The notes under the pieces were generated by a model, which was not told the origin of the DNA, did not search any database, and worked only from the letters and a program-made list of their open reading frames with translations. Shown piece after piece: positions 26,294 to 35,079 of a stretch of DNA of 64,000 bases (its first letter is position 1; each line of letters begins with the position of its first letter). The position numbers and the translations under genes were made by a program. The DNA lies in IMG/VR virus record IMGVR_UViG_3300034101_001153, positions 1 through 64,000 of that record; one strand, given 5' to 3'. This DNA comes from a virus.

Positions 26294-28969
26294 TTATTTA
26301 GATTCTAGGTGCTGAATTCTAGCGCTGAGTTCATCTATTTTATCCAGTGCCTCTTTTAGTGCGCCAACAATATAAAAAGTAAATGGTTGTTCGGTAAGTC
26401 CTTGAGCAATTATGTTTCCATCTTTATCAACTTCATCCTTTTGTCCAGTTACAGCCTCGGGAATAATTTCCTGAACCTCATCTGCAATAAAACCTTTAAA
26501 CTTCCCAATACCCATTTTTTTATCTTTCCATTCAAACTGTACTGGTCTTAAAGATTTTATTGTATTTATGTAATCTACATCTGCATCAATAATATTTTCT
26601 TTAAGTCTATAGTCTGATGCACTTTGAAGTGTAGGTGCTCCAACAGCAGATGAAACCTGAATATAACCAAGTGGAGTTCCAGCCCTTTCAAAAGAAACTG
26701 CTCTCCATGTAACCGTATAATCATTGTTAGATCCAACAATTAGTGCTGGATTTGTCTGGCTCACAACTGATCTTGTTAATTCTGCTGTGGGTCCGCTGGC
26801 GGATATCGCTTTTATTGAAGTTAGAGAAGTGCCGACCGCTGATGCACTTATTAACATTCCGCCCAAAATATGAACAACAGATGCTGGTGCAGTGGTTCCA
26901 ATTCCAACCCTATTGTTCGCGCCATCTACAAAAAATGTTCCATTATCTATATTTACTTGTGATGCAGTTATAGAAAGTAATCCATTGCCAGGAGTTCCGT
27001 TTCCACCAGAAACCTGTATTCTTACATCATAATCTACGCTGGTGGCACCAGAGTTAAAATCAATAAACGGTGTGCTGGCAACATTATCAATCCTACCGAT
27101 ATTCACATTTCCACCAGCGTCGGTTTGCAAAACAACTCCTCCAGTTGCCTGCCTTACTGTTAGAGATCCGAGTGTTCCTACACTCGTTAAACTAGAATTA
27201 ACAATTCCCGCTGGAAGAGTAGTACCAGTTATAAGAGATGCATTAATTGACGATGCTGTGCCAGCGTGAGTAGCAACATTGGCTGAAGCAACATATCCAG
27301 TTACAAGAGAGCCTGCTATTGAAGACGCAGTAGATGCGTTTCCAGACAGATTACCAAAAATTGTTCCGCCGACCGAAGCGTTATTATTGACTAATAACCC
27401 TCCAGCAACATGAAGAGCAGATGCTGGGGTGGTTGTAAGAATGCCTACCTCATTATTAGCAGAGTCTACAAATAGTGTTCCTCCATCAACACTCAGACCT
27501 GCCTCAATAAGTACCCCAGAAGTTCCAGCAACGTGAAGTGCAGATGCTGGTGTAATGGTTTTTATTCCTACCTCGTTATTGGTAGCATCGACAAATAAAG
27601 TACCAGAGTCTATATTGGTATTTCCACTTACGGTTAATGAAGTCAGTGTGCCAAGACCAGTTAAACTAGAACTGACTATTGCTGCTGGCAGAGTTGTACC
27701 AGTAATCAATGAGGAATTGATGCTTGAGGCCGTCCCAGCATGTGACGCTATGGTGGCAGATGCAACAGTTCCAGTTACTAGAGATCCGGCAATGGAAGAT
27801 GCAGTGTTAGCATGGTTGGCGATAACTGCACTAGATGATATGGTGGCAGATGCAGATCTTCCAGATATTGTATTTGTAACTGTAAGATTAGTTAATGTTC
27901 CAACACTAGTTAATGATGATGTAACTACATTTGATGCAAGAGTTGTTCCAGTCAAGAGAGAGGCATTTATGGCAGAAGCAGTATTTGCATGAGATGCATT
28001 TGACACTGTTCCAGTAACTAGTGACCCAGCAATTGACGATGCTGTACCAGCGTGAGTAGCGACAGTAGCAGAAGCAACATATCCTGTAACTAATGAGCCA
28101 GCGATAGAAGACGCTGTGCCAGAATGTGTGGCTACATTTGCGGAGGCTGCGCGGCCATCGATAGTATTAGTTACAGTAAGATTTGTAAGGTTTGCACTGG
28201 ATGAATTAAACCATAGTGACGAAGATGTATTATAAACTAGTATGTTATTATTGGCTGGTGCAGACGCAGACACATTATGAAGTTCATCTAGTTCCAGCCC
28301 GTTTTGAATCTTAATAAATATCTGACCAGCGTGAGCACTCTGTTTTATAGAATATCCAATAAACACCAAATGATGTGGCGCATACAGTTTATTTGTAGTC
28401 ATCTGACCTGGAGTAGTGGATAGCCACAAAGCAGAGCCTTCTGCAAAAGAGGCGGTGTTTACGTTTCTAAGTATGCCAGAGGTACAAACGAATCCTTCCG
28501 ATCCGCTAGGAATATCTTCTGCTACCACACCAAGAGTCTTGCTAGATTCACCCTCTGCACTCGCAGATGCCTTATTTATTGTTGGTCGCTGGCCCTGAGC
28601 ACCAGTAATATAAACTACAGTTCCCTTGGTTAATGTAGAGGCAGTTCCGTTGTAACAAAGTGCAACTTCTTCCTGTCCTATGTTTAGGAATATGTTGCCA
28701 CCGCCAAGACCAAAAGATAGCGTTCCCTCACCCGGAGACCATTGAAGTCGTGCAACAGATGCGGCAGAAGATGGATTAGTGGAAAAATCAATGTGGTCGG
28801 CATCAAGACCATATGATGCTGTCACATTGTGTACGCTATTCCACTGAGAGTTAAAATAAAGTCTCATCACATTGGATGCAGTATTGAAATAAACATTTCC
28901 AATGGATGCCGATGAGGGGTCTGTTGCCGCACTGAACAGTCCTATGGGCGTAAGAAAACTCTTAGACAT
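26294..28969 (-). CDS. fibre protein with internal repeats and C-terminal peptidase S74 intramolecular chaperone
   Basis: VATHAGTASSIAGSLVTG repeats, NNEVGI.T.TP..ALHV repeats, SDYRLKENI...GFIADEV. Confidence 0.85.
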   Translation of the reverse strand: MSKSFLTPIGLFSAATDPSSASIGNVYFNTASNVMRLYFNSQWNSVHNVTASYGLDADHIDFSTNPSSAASVARLQWSPGEGTLSFGLGGGNIFLNIGQEEVALCYNGTASTLTKGTVVYITGAQGQRPTINKASASAEGESSKTLGVVAEDIPSGSEGFVCTSGILRNVNTASFAEGSALWLSTTPGQMTTNKLYAPHHLVFIGYSIKQSAHAGQIFIKIQNGLELDELHNVSASAPANNNILVYNTSSSLWFNSSSANLTNLTVTNTIDGRAASANVATHSGTASSIAGSLVTGYVASATVATHAGTASSIAGSLVTGTVSNASHANTASAINASLLTGTTLASNVVTSSLTSVGTLTNLTVTNTISGRSASATISSSAVIANHANTASSIAGSLVTGTVASATIASHAGTASSINSSLITGTTLPAAIVSSSLTGLGTLTSLTVSGNTNIDSGTLFVDATNNEVGIKTITPASALHVAGTSGVLIEAGLSVDGGTLFVDSANNEVGILTTTPASALHVAGGLLVNNNASVGGTIFGNLSGNASTASSIAGSLVTGYVASANVATHAGTASSINASLITGTTLPAGIVNSSLTSVGTLGSLTVRQATGGVVLQTDAGGNVNIGRIDNVASTPFIDFNSGATSVDYDVRIQVSGGNGTPGNGLLSITASQVNIDNGTFFVDGANNRVGIGTTAPASVVHILGGMLISASAVGTSLTSIKAISASGPTAELTRSVVSQTNPALIVGSNNDYTVTWRAVSFERAGTPLGYIQVSSAVGAPTLQSASDYRLKENIIDADVDYINTIKSLRPVQFEWKDKKMGIGKFKGFIADEVQEIIPEAVTGQKDEVDKDGNIIAQGLTEQPFTFYIVGALKEALDKIDELSARIQHLESK

Positions 28970-28972
28970 GGG

Positions 28973-30262
28973 CTATCCTGTAATAACTACTCTATAGTCA
29001 ACAGAAGGTGAGGCAGCAAAATTAATAGTTACTGCATTAACCCCGCTTCTTAGAACATCTACCTCTACTGTGTCATAGTTACTGGAGTTTTGATAAACTT
29101 CTACAGTAACATCTCTAGTATTTAAATTGTGTGTAAGAGTGTAAGATGTTGCAGCAGATGAACTGATTGTTGCTGCATACTTTCTTGCAATTTGTGCATA
29201 GTTAGTTCCATCATTTGTAAGTGTCCATAGATCACTGGTTTCATTCCATAAAACAGAAACATTTAGTGATGTACCGCGCTCAACTTCAAGTCCTGCATCA
29301 AGTGAGGGGGCCGTGGTGACGTTAGAATTAAGAACAATGATATTGTCTTCAACAATAAGTTGTTGTGTATCAAGTGTTGTTACAGATCCTGACACAGTAA
29401 GGTTGCCAGATACAATAAGGTTGTTATTTACCGTTGTGTTGCCTGTTCCAGCACCAATGCCTATGGTTGTGGCTGCACCACCAATATTCAATGTAGTTGC
29501 ATTGGTATTGAAAAGTGTTGCAGTGCCAGTAGAAGTCGTTGTCAGATCTCCACCATTTACGGCAGCATCCCCTGTAATGGTAATTGCAGCAAATGTTGGT
29601 GAGTCTGATGTGGCTACTGGCTGTCCAATGGATATTACTGGTGTCCATCCCTCGCCAGGAGTTCCTGTAATGCTTACACCAGTAGATGCTGTTACCCCAG
29701 CAACATAATTTCCAGTTGTATCTGTACCAAGAGCAACAGAATTAGTAGCAACTCCAGCAGCAATTGTGGCACTGGAAGAATTACCTAGAAGATTGCCATA
29801 GACATTTCTTACATAAATATCTCCACTAGAATCTCTTGCGACAACTGTTGAAACTGTGCTTGCTGTAGCCGCATTAACAGCGAACTCTGGTGCCCATCCC
29901 TCACCAGGGGTTCCAGTAATTAAAATATAGTTTCCTTGACCAACACTGGCTACATAGTTTCCTGTGGTATCTGTACCAAGGGCCACAGAGTTGGCGGCAA
30001 TGGTTGTAGCAATAGAAATAACGTTATTGACAACGGAGCCGCTTCCAGTTACATCTCCAGTTAGGGCTACAGCATTAGCAGCAGCGCCACCAGTGGAAAG
30101 ATTTTGCCAAGTAGACCCATCGTAAACTCTTAGATATCCGCTACCATCATTAAAATAAATTCTACCTGCTATGCCAGATGGGTCGGCAGAGGCGTTCTGA
30201 ATGACAGCATTCTGCAACTCATTAGTGCTAAGATCAAGATCTACCAGGAATCTTTTGGCCAA
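28973..30262 (-). CDS. virion fibre / decoration protein
   Basis: NSVALGTDTTGNYVA x2, VEDNIIVLN..AGLEVERG, THNLNTRDVTV. Confidence 0.75.
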   Translation of the reverse strand: MAKRFLVDLDLSTNELQNAVIQNASADPSGIAGRIYFNDGSGYLRVYDGSTWQNLSTGGAAANAVALTGDVTGSGSVVNNVISIATTIAANSVALGTDTTGNYVASVGQGNYILITGTPGEGWAPEFAVNAATASTVSTVVARDSSGDIYVRNVYGNLLGNSSSATIAAGVATNSVALGTDTTGNYVAGVTASTGVSITGTPGEGWTPVISIGQPVATSDSPTFAAITITGDAAVNGGDLTTTSTGTATLFNTNATTLNIGGAATTIGIGAGTGNTTVNNNLIVSGNLTVSGSVTTLDTQQLIVEDNIIVLNSNVTTAPSLDAGLEVERGTSLNVSVLWNETSDLWTLTNDGTNYAQIARKYAATISSSAATSYTLTHNLNTRDVTVEVYQNSSNYDTVEVDVLRSGVNAVTINFAASPSVDYRVVITG

Positions 30263-30313
30263 TGGATTCCACTCCCTATAAAGAAATTAAGTGCTATGAA
30301 AATTATAGCATAA

Positions 30314-30790
30314 TTAGTTAGTAAACCTACCGCCCCAGAAGTCTCTCTTCATGACATTATAGTTTACATAACCATCTGGAATTGCTGCAAGACGACACTT
30401 GCCATTTTCTTCTACCTGGAATGCTATGATGTGGCAGACACCATTTCCTTCGAAGTGTGAACAGTTTCCACACTTGACGCCAATTGCTGCCTCTGGATTT
30501 CTCTCAGGTGGGTCATATCCTGCCCAGATCCCACTACCATCTTCATCAAACTTGCCATATTTTTCAGCAATTGCCATCATTGCATCGTGAAATTCTTTTT
30601 CGTCTGGTGTAAGTTGTTCGTAAAGCATTCCGCTATCGTCCTTCTTCATGTTAGATTCGGCGGCGTAGAGGGCACGCTGTTGCTCAATTGCTGCTCTGCG
30701 TGATGAGTGTGTTCCGCGAACAGTCCCATCTGGACCAACAACTGAATATCCAGACTTACCTCTATAGTTTCTTCTAATATCATATGGCAT
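30314..30790 (-). CDS. two-domain small protein with HiPIP-like Cys motif
   Basis: MPYDI...GTH..RRAAIEQQRALYAAE; KCGNCSHF...CHII...GKCR; ends KRDFWGGRFTN. Confidence 0.7.
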   Translation of the reverse strand: MPYDIRRNYRGKSGYSVVGPDGTVRGTHSSRRAAIEQQRALYAAESNMKKDDSGMLYEQLTPDEKEFHDAMMAIAEKYGKFDEDGSGIWAGYDPPERNPEAAIGVKCGNCSHFEGNGVCHIIAFQVEENGKCRLAAIPDGYVNYNVMKRDFWGGRFTN

Positions 30791-30802
30791 GTTTTCCTCC
30801 AG

Positions 30803-31025
30803 TGGAGCAAGCGAGAATCGAACTCGCGTGCCTCTAACTTATTTATAGCCCTAACTTTTATTACTATTTTTATATTGTACTATAAATACAATCTTCTGTT
30901 CCCACGCGATTGCTGCGCGGCACTAACTATGCTGCTAGTGCGAATGCGTTTTGATTGTTGTTATTTATTTATTTTGTTAGTTTTTTGCGGCTAGAAACTT
31001 GCTAGGGTCGAAACCTTTTTGCCCC
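30803..31025 (-). ncRNA. ssrA: tmRNA, unusually short (223 nt)
   Basis: 5' GGGGCAAAAAGGTTTCGAC; 3' GCGAG-TTCGATT-CTCGC-TTGCTCC-A with G3.U70; tag frame NNNQNAFALAA* at 30962-30927. Confidence 0.9.
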
Positions 31026-32185
31026 TCAGTTTTTTTATTAACCTTGATACTTTCTTTTCTTTTTTCTTGAGTTTGCATATGAATAAGTTCAATAGCCTCA
31101 GACCATTTATATTTCATTAGCCAAATATTAAAGTTCTTAGAAACTATTTCATAGTTTTTTATTCTTTCAGCCTCACGAACCTCTGGGTCTCGCAATTCTT
31201 TAATATGCTTTACCCAATCTCTTGGCTTCTTGGCAATTCTACCACAACCAAGATCAGCAAGGTCGGAATATTCTTGTGTATTAGATGCAATAAATGGCAC
31301 GCCAGATAAAGCATACTCAAGTCCTTTAAGATTGCTCTTTGCCTCATTGAATGGATTATTTGTCAGAGGAACTACTCCAATGTCTATTGGCATAAAAAGA
31401 TTGCCATAGTATTCTGGTCTAGATCCTACATATCCAGTCATTCTTTCTGGAGAAAATCCAGCGGCTTCTGCAAACCAATTTGGATTATTTAGAACAATTC
31501 CAGAATGGTGAAATTTCATATCATGTTCTTCAATTACTGTTTTTAGTGCCGCGCCTACTTCTTTAATATCATCTACGCGCCATAACATAATTCCGACCCA
31601 GCCAATAGTTGGATTCCATCCAGAAAAATCTTGTCTAACATAAAAGTTTTGTGGATTTAATGAATTAGGTACACGATGAACTGTTTTATTATATTTAAGT
31701 GATTTCTGCTCAAGAAACTTAGTACTAGTAATGATTCCATCTGCTATTGGATATGTCTCAATGAGAAACTTTCTATTATTATCTGGAGAATTTTTTGGAT
31801 CGGTCGTGTGGAATGCTAAGTTATCTGATGGTAGTTGTTCAAAGTGGTCATCAGTATCAATAATAACTGTTTGTCCGTATGCCTGGGCTTTCTTGATGTA
31901 TTCTTTTGCATCCTTGTGCATAAAAAGTTTAAGAATAATAACATCTAGTTTATCGAAACATTGATCGTATTTCTTAATTACTCCTAGTTCTTGTGCCCTT
32001 AGTTTTTCAGATGGATGGACTATGACGAATCCTTCGCCTTCCTTCCACCCAATTTCTCCTACTACAACTTCATGACCTATTTCTGATAACCCAGATGCAG
32101 GAATCATGCATCTAATATATGTACAACCACCAGGCTGATATTGATGATGGTCGCCCCAGTCGGTAGAACCGAATCCAATTCGCAT
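30977..32185 (-). CDS. GT-B fold glycosyltransferase
   Basis: GGCTYIRC..P, IDTDD, IGWVG, DIGVVPL..NPFNEAKSNLKGLEYALSGVPFIAS. Confidence 0.85.
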   Translation of the reverse strand: MRIGFGSTDWGDHHQYQPGGCTYIRCMIPASGLSEIGHEVVVGEIGWKEGEGFVIVHPSEKLRAQELGVIKKYDQCFDKLDVIILKLFMHKDAKEYIKKAQAYGQTVIIDTDDHFEQLPSDNLAFHTTDPKNSPDNNRKFLIETYPIADGIITSTKFLEQKSLKYNKTVHRVPNSLNPQNFYVRQDFSGWNPTIGWVGIMLWRVDDIKEVGAALKTVIEEHDMKFHHSGIVLNNPNWFAEAAGFSPERMTGYVGSRPEYYGNLFMPIDIGVVPLTNNPFNEAKSNLKGLEYALSGVPFIASNTQEYSDLADLGCGRIAKKPRDWVKHIKELRDPEVREAERIKNYEIVSKNFNIWLMKYKWSEAIELIHMQTQEKRKESIKVNKKTEGQKGFDPSKFLAAKN

Positions 32186-32217
32186 TTGATACCTTTCTTT
32201 TCAGCACATTGTACCAG

Positions 32218-32289
32218 TGTCTCCATCAAGAATCGAACTTGAACTAAGGGATTATGAGGCCCTTGTGATAACCATTTCACTATGGAGAC
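32218..32289 (-). tRNA. tRNA-Met(CAT) (elongator Met or Ile2)
   Basis: Acceptor GTCTCCA/TGGAGAC, loop CT CAT AA, T-arm TCAAG-TTCGATT-CTTGA. Confidence 0.85.
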
Positions 32290-32292
32290 TAT

Positions 32293-32343
32293 GGTGTGGC
32301 GGGAGTGTTGCCGCACATTTGATTGTGTTTCTCCCGCCACACC
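32293..32343. terminator. 13-bp hairpin (terminator or processing site)
   Basis: GGTGTGGCGGGAG/CTCCCGCCACACC. Confidence 0.6.
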
Positions 32344-32354
32344 TAGTATATAAA

Positions 32355-32969
32355 CTATACTTTTTTAGGAGTGCATTTACCAGGGAATAATGACCACCCT
32401 ATATTGAATGGTACAATCACCCATGAATATGTCAATCCAGAGCCCCACAGTGAGTAATACATTCCTGCATTTACATACCATGAGTCTTTCTTAAATGAAT
32501 ATCCATAGCCCCAGTTATGCATTCCATCTTTCAAGAAATGCTTTCTTACAATTTCTGATTGCTTTTTCTTGTCCAGCATATTGTCTCTGGACCACCATGA
32601 TTTTCCAGACCATGCACTTGTCTGAATTTGCCAAGTGCCTAACGCACCTGTAAACCAAGGTGAACTTTCTGTAAGCGACTGATGCTTAGATTCACGCCAG
32701 GTTATCGCCCAGGCTCCTCTTAGCATCCCAGGTCTATTAAAACCTGCGTTAAACAGAATCTTTGCCTGCTTATCATTACACTTATTTGGCAGAATCCAAA
32801 CTTTCTTTTCATCTGCCTTTCTTTCTAATGCATCAGCGGTGGCAAAGTTTCCTGTACCTTCCGCCAAGGGCGCAGACTTAGCATACGCCAGGTTTGGAGA
32901 GAACAATGTCATTGATAGCACTACTATCGCTGACAAGACTCCTGCTCCAAATCGGTTTTTTTTCGTCAT
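32355..32969 (-). CDS. secreted lysozyme-like / lytic transglycosylase-like protein
   Basis: Signal peptide (..NLAYA), AITWRES catalytic-Glu motif, GTWQI; AAGGAGG RBS before MTKKNR. Confidence 0.6.
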   Translation of the reverse strand: MTKKNRFGAGVLSAIVVLSMTLFSPNLAYAKSAPLAEGTGNFATADALERKADEKKVWILPNKCNDKQAKILFNAGFNRPGMLRGAWAITWRESKHQSLTESSPWFTGALGTWQIQTSAWSGKSWWSRDNMLDKKKQSEIVRKHFLKDGMHNWGYGYSFKKDSWYVNAGMYYSLWGSGLTYSWVIVPFNIGWSLFPGKCTPKKV

Positions 32970-33124
32970 ATTGACCTCCTTGGGCGGCAACATTTATTTA
33001 TTCTACACTATTTAATTAGTATTCCAGTTAATAAGTTCAATCATATTGTTATATATATTGATATGTGGCTTTAAAACATACTCTTTATCATTTTTTACTA
33101 GACAGTAAAAAGTAAAGTATGGCA

Positions 33125-33517
33125 TTAGAAAGTTGATGACCCACAAAGATAATTTTTAGCCCCAACAATTAGAGCCGCCCCAAACTGTGCGCCATCATCA
33201 TTATTCATATCATTATTAACAAGGGCCTGCGCTAGAACATAAGTAATTTCATCCTCTGACAAACCTCCAGCGAAACCTTCACAAATAGTTTCTCCAAGGC
33301 TAAAAAGATCAGACTCTTCAGCGACCTGACCATAGATGCCACCATTGTCCCTAACAAAATCAACAAAATTCTGTGAGTTGGTAACAACACCATCATCTGT
33401 ATTAAGTGGTGCTGGAGCCTGCTCTGTAATAGTTACAGTTGGAGTTGGCTCAGACTGCGCGGTACATCCAACTAGCGCCAGCACAGAAATAGTGGCGGCG
33501 ACAATAATCTTCTTCAT
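33125..33517 (-). CDS. lipoprotein, DUF732-like
   Basis: Lipobox LALVGC, PTPTVTIT linker, LGETIC...GAKNYLC. Confidence 0.7.
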   Translation of the reverse strand: MKKIIVAATISVLALVGCTAQSEPTPTVTITEQAPAPLNTDDGVVTNSQNFVDFVRDNGGIYGQVAEESDLFSLGETICEGFAGGLSEDEITYVLAQALVNNDMNNDDGAQFGAALIVGAKNYLCGSSTF

Positions 33518-33542
33518 ATTAATCCTTTTCTATAAATGACTT

Positions 33543-33583
33543 GCCCACGACACTAATATACAGTAATCGTGGGCTGGTGTCAA
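33543..33583 (-). promoter_or_regulatory. promoter with -10 in a hairpin loop
   Basis: TTGACA-N17-TATATT; GCCCACGA/TCGTGGGC stem. Confidence 0.6.
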
Positions 33584-33586
33584 TAA

Positions 33587-33745
33587 TTATGACTGTCTTG
33601 CAAAAATAGCATCTATCTCTGCAACATGGGATGGGCCAAATCGTGCAGCCTCATGTCTTGCTTTTTCCCATTCGCTCTGAAGTTTATAGTTGCTTGTGGC
33701 ATCTGTATTAAAAACTTCTGAGAAAAAATGTGCGAATGCTCTCAT
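33587..33745 (-). CDS. small hypothetical protein (52 aa)
   Basis: MRAFAHFFSEVF...EWEKARHEA..SHVAEIDAIFARQS*; AAGGAGG RBS and own promoter (TTGACT-N17-TAAGAT, 33802-33774). Confidence 0.75.
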   Translation of the reverse strand: MRAFAHFFSEVFNTDATSNYKLQSEWEKARHEAARFGPSHVAEIDAIFARQS

Positions 33746-33812
33746 AATATCCTCCTTGTGGGTTGATATTTTAATCTTATCAGGACTCTAGGAAAGAGTC
33801 AAACTGTATGGA

Positions 33813-34007
33813 CTATTTGTGACCAGTATCACTATCGTAGTCCCATCTAATTATCATCATTGCATATGTAAGACCTTGGCGGAACCAACTAGCCTCTTGG
33901 TTATAATCACTTCCATTTTCCCAAGGAGTAGCAATACATGCTTCTATTTGCTGAGAAAACCTATCTCGCCAATACTTTTCACATTCTTTATCAGAGTGTA
34001 TTTCCAT
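33813..34007 (-). CDS. hypothetical protein
   Basis: ORF track. Confidence 0.65.
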   Translation of the reverse strand: MEIHSDKECEKYWRDRFSQQIEACIATPWENGSDYNQEASWFRQGLTYAMMIIRWDYDSDTGHK

Positions 34008-34029
34008 TTATTTTTATCCTATTTTTAAG

Positions 34030-34110
34030 TGGTAGAGAGAGGAATCGAACCTCCACAGCGTATGCGTTTGATTTACAGTCAAGGGGACTCACCACCTGTC
34101 CAACTCTACC
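34030..34110 (-). tRNA. tRNA-Tyr(GTA)
   Basis: Acceptor GGTAGAG/CTCTACC, loop CT GTA AA, long variable arm. Confidence 0.9.
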
Positions 34111-34198
34111 TTGAATATATTTTTGTCTTTTCCTAGATTAACAGTTGTAGATCCTTGTAAAGATTTAATCACACGTTAAACTAGTATAATGTGCTGCG

Positions 34199-34272
34199 CT
34201 GGCGTGGTAGGAGTCGAACCTACAACCTTTCGGTTAACAGCCGAATGCAACTGCCAATTGTGCTACACGCCA
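34199..34272 (-). tRNA. tRNA-Asn(GTT)
   Basis: TGGCGTG/CACGCCA, TTCGG-CT GTT AA-CCGAA. Confidence 0.95.
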
Positions 34273-34383
34273 TTAAAACAATCTTCGCAAACCCCTCGTC
34301 TTCCAACACGACTGCCAGGCTTTGTTAAAAACTGCTCTAAAGGTTTTTCTTCTTTACAACTATGACATATTTTATTCATTTTG

Positions 34384-34456
34384 TGTGCCTGGAGGGATTC
34401 GAACCCCCAACCTAATGGGTAGAAACCATTTGCGCTATCCGTTGCGCCACAGGCAC
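34384..34456 (-). tRNA. tRNA-Arg(TCT)
   Basis: GTGCCTG/CAGGCAC, AATGG-TT TCT AC-CCATT. Confidence 0.92.
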
Positions 34457-34460
34457 CTAG

Positions 34461-34531
34461 AGCGAGTGACCAGAATCGAACTGGCGATAACTGCTTGGAA
34501 GGCAGATGTGTTACCTCTACACCACACTCGC
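34461..34531 (-). tRNA. tRNA-Gly(TCC)
   Basis: GCGAGTG/CACTCGC, loop CT TCC AA. Confidence 0.92.
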
Positions 34532-34544
34532 GGATATATCTTAG

Positions 34545-34626
34545 TAGGGCAGGTGGGATTTGAACCCACATGGACCAATTACGGCATTATAATCCCTCGC
34601 TTATAAGACGAGACCGATACTGCCCC
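34545..34626 (-). tRNA. D-arm-less tRNA-like gene, anticodon TAT (Ile)
   Basis: GGGGCAG/CTGCCCT+A, 7-nt linker TATCGGT instead of a D-arm, CTCGT-CT TAT AA-GCGAG, ~26-nt variable arm, GTGGG-TTCAAAT-CCCAC. Confidence 0.7.
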
Positions 34627-34637
34627 TCGCTTTTTAA

Positions 34638-34904
34638 TTATGCAGACGATTCTGACTTACTATTAATTGTATCTCTTTCATCCAGAATGTCAAGGGCTTT
34701 TTCGAATAAGGAAGGCTCAAATTTTGAATAGTGATGCCCACAGAAAAAAAGATTTCCAGTATTAAATTTTACAAGAACAAATGCTTGTGCAGGACAATCT
34801 TTTGCATCACATCTATCTGATTTAGTTAAAACTCCATGTTGTGGTTCAGTTTTATCTTCTTGCATTACTGCTGTTTCCACAGCGCCTCCTTTATGAGTAT
34901 ACAA
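34638..34904 (-). CDS. small actinobacterial-type Zn-binding protein (DUF7455-like)
   Basis: LTKSDRCD..CPAQAFV...LFFCGHH; probable GTG start after AAGGAGG. Confidence 0.7.
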   Translation of the reverse strand: MYTHKGGAVETAVMQEDKTEPQHGVLTKSDRCDAKDCPAQAFVLVKFNTGNLFFCGHHYSKFEPSLFEKALDILDERDTINSKSESSA

Positions 34905-34923
34905 TTATTTTATCATTATTTTG

Positions 34924-34994
34924 CTGGAGAATCAGGGGTCGAACCTAAACTAAATGGTCCAAAGCCATTTGTGCTGCCATTACACCATTCTCCA
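34924..34994 (-). tRNA. tRNA-Gln(TTG)
   Basis: TGGAGAA/TTCTCCA, AATGG-CT TTG GA-CCATT. Confidence 0.9.
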
Positions 34995-34997
34995 TAA

Positions 34998-35076
34998 CCC
35001 ATATGCTGACTGGTAACTACACCATCCTAAGGTTTTCTGCACAATGACGTACTGAAAAGGATTGTCAGCATATGGG
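34998..35076. ncRNA. structured element (three-way junction closed by 13 bp)
   Basis: CCCATATGCTGAC/GTCAGCATATGGG enclosing two inner stems. Confidence 0.5.
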
Positions 35077-35079
35077 GGT

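Noticed and set aside
34263-34606. ORFs 34263-34571 and 34322-34606
   Set aside because: They mostly overlap tRNA genes; only a short MNKICHSC...CEDCFNGV tail between tRNA-Arg and tRNA-Asn might be a real tiny gene.
34998-35076. Hammerhead ribozyme (CTGA...GAAA present)
   Set aside because: CTGAC lies inside the closing helix, and the CUGANGA/GAAA/UH core is not arranged at a junction.
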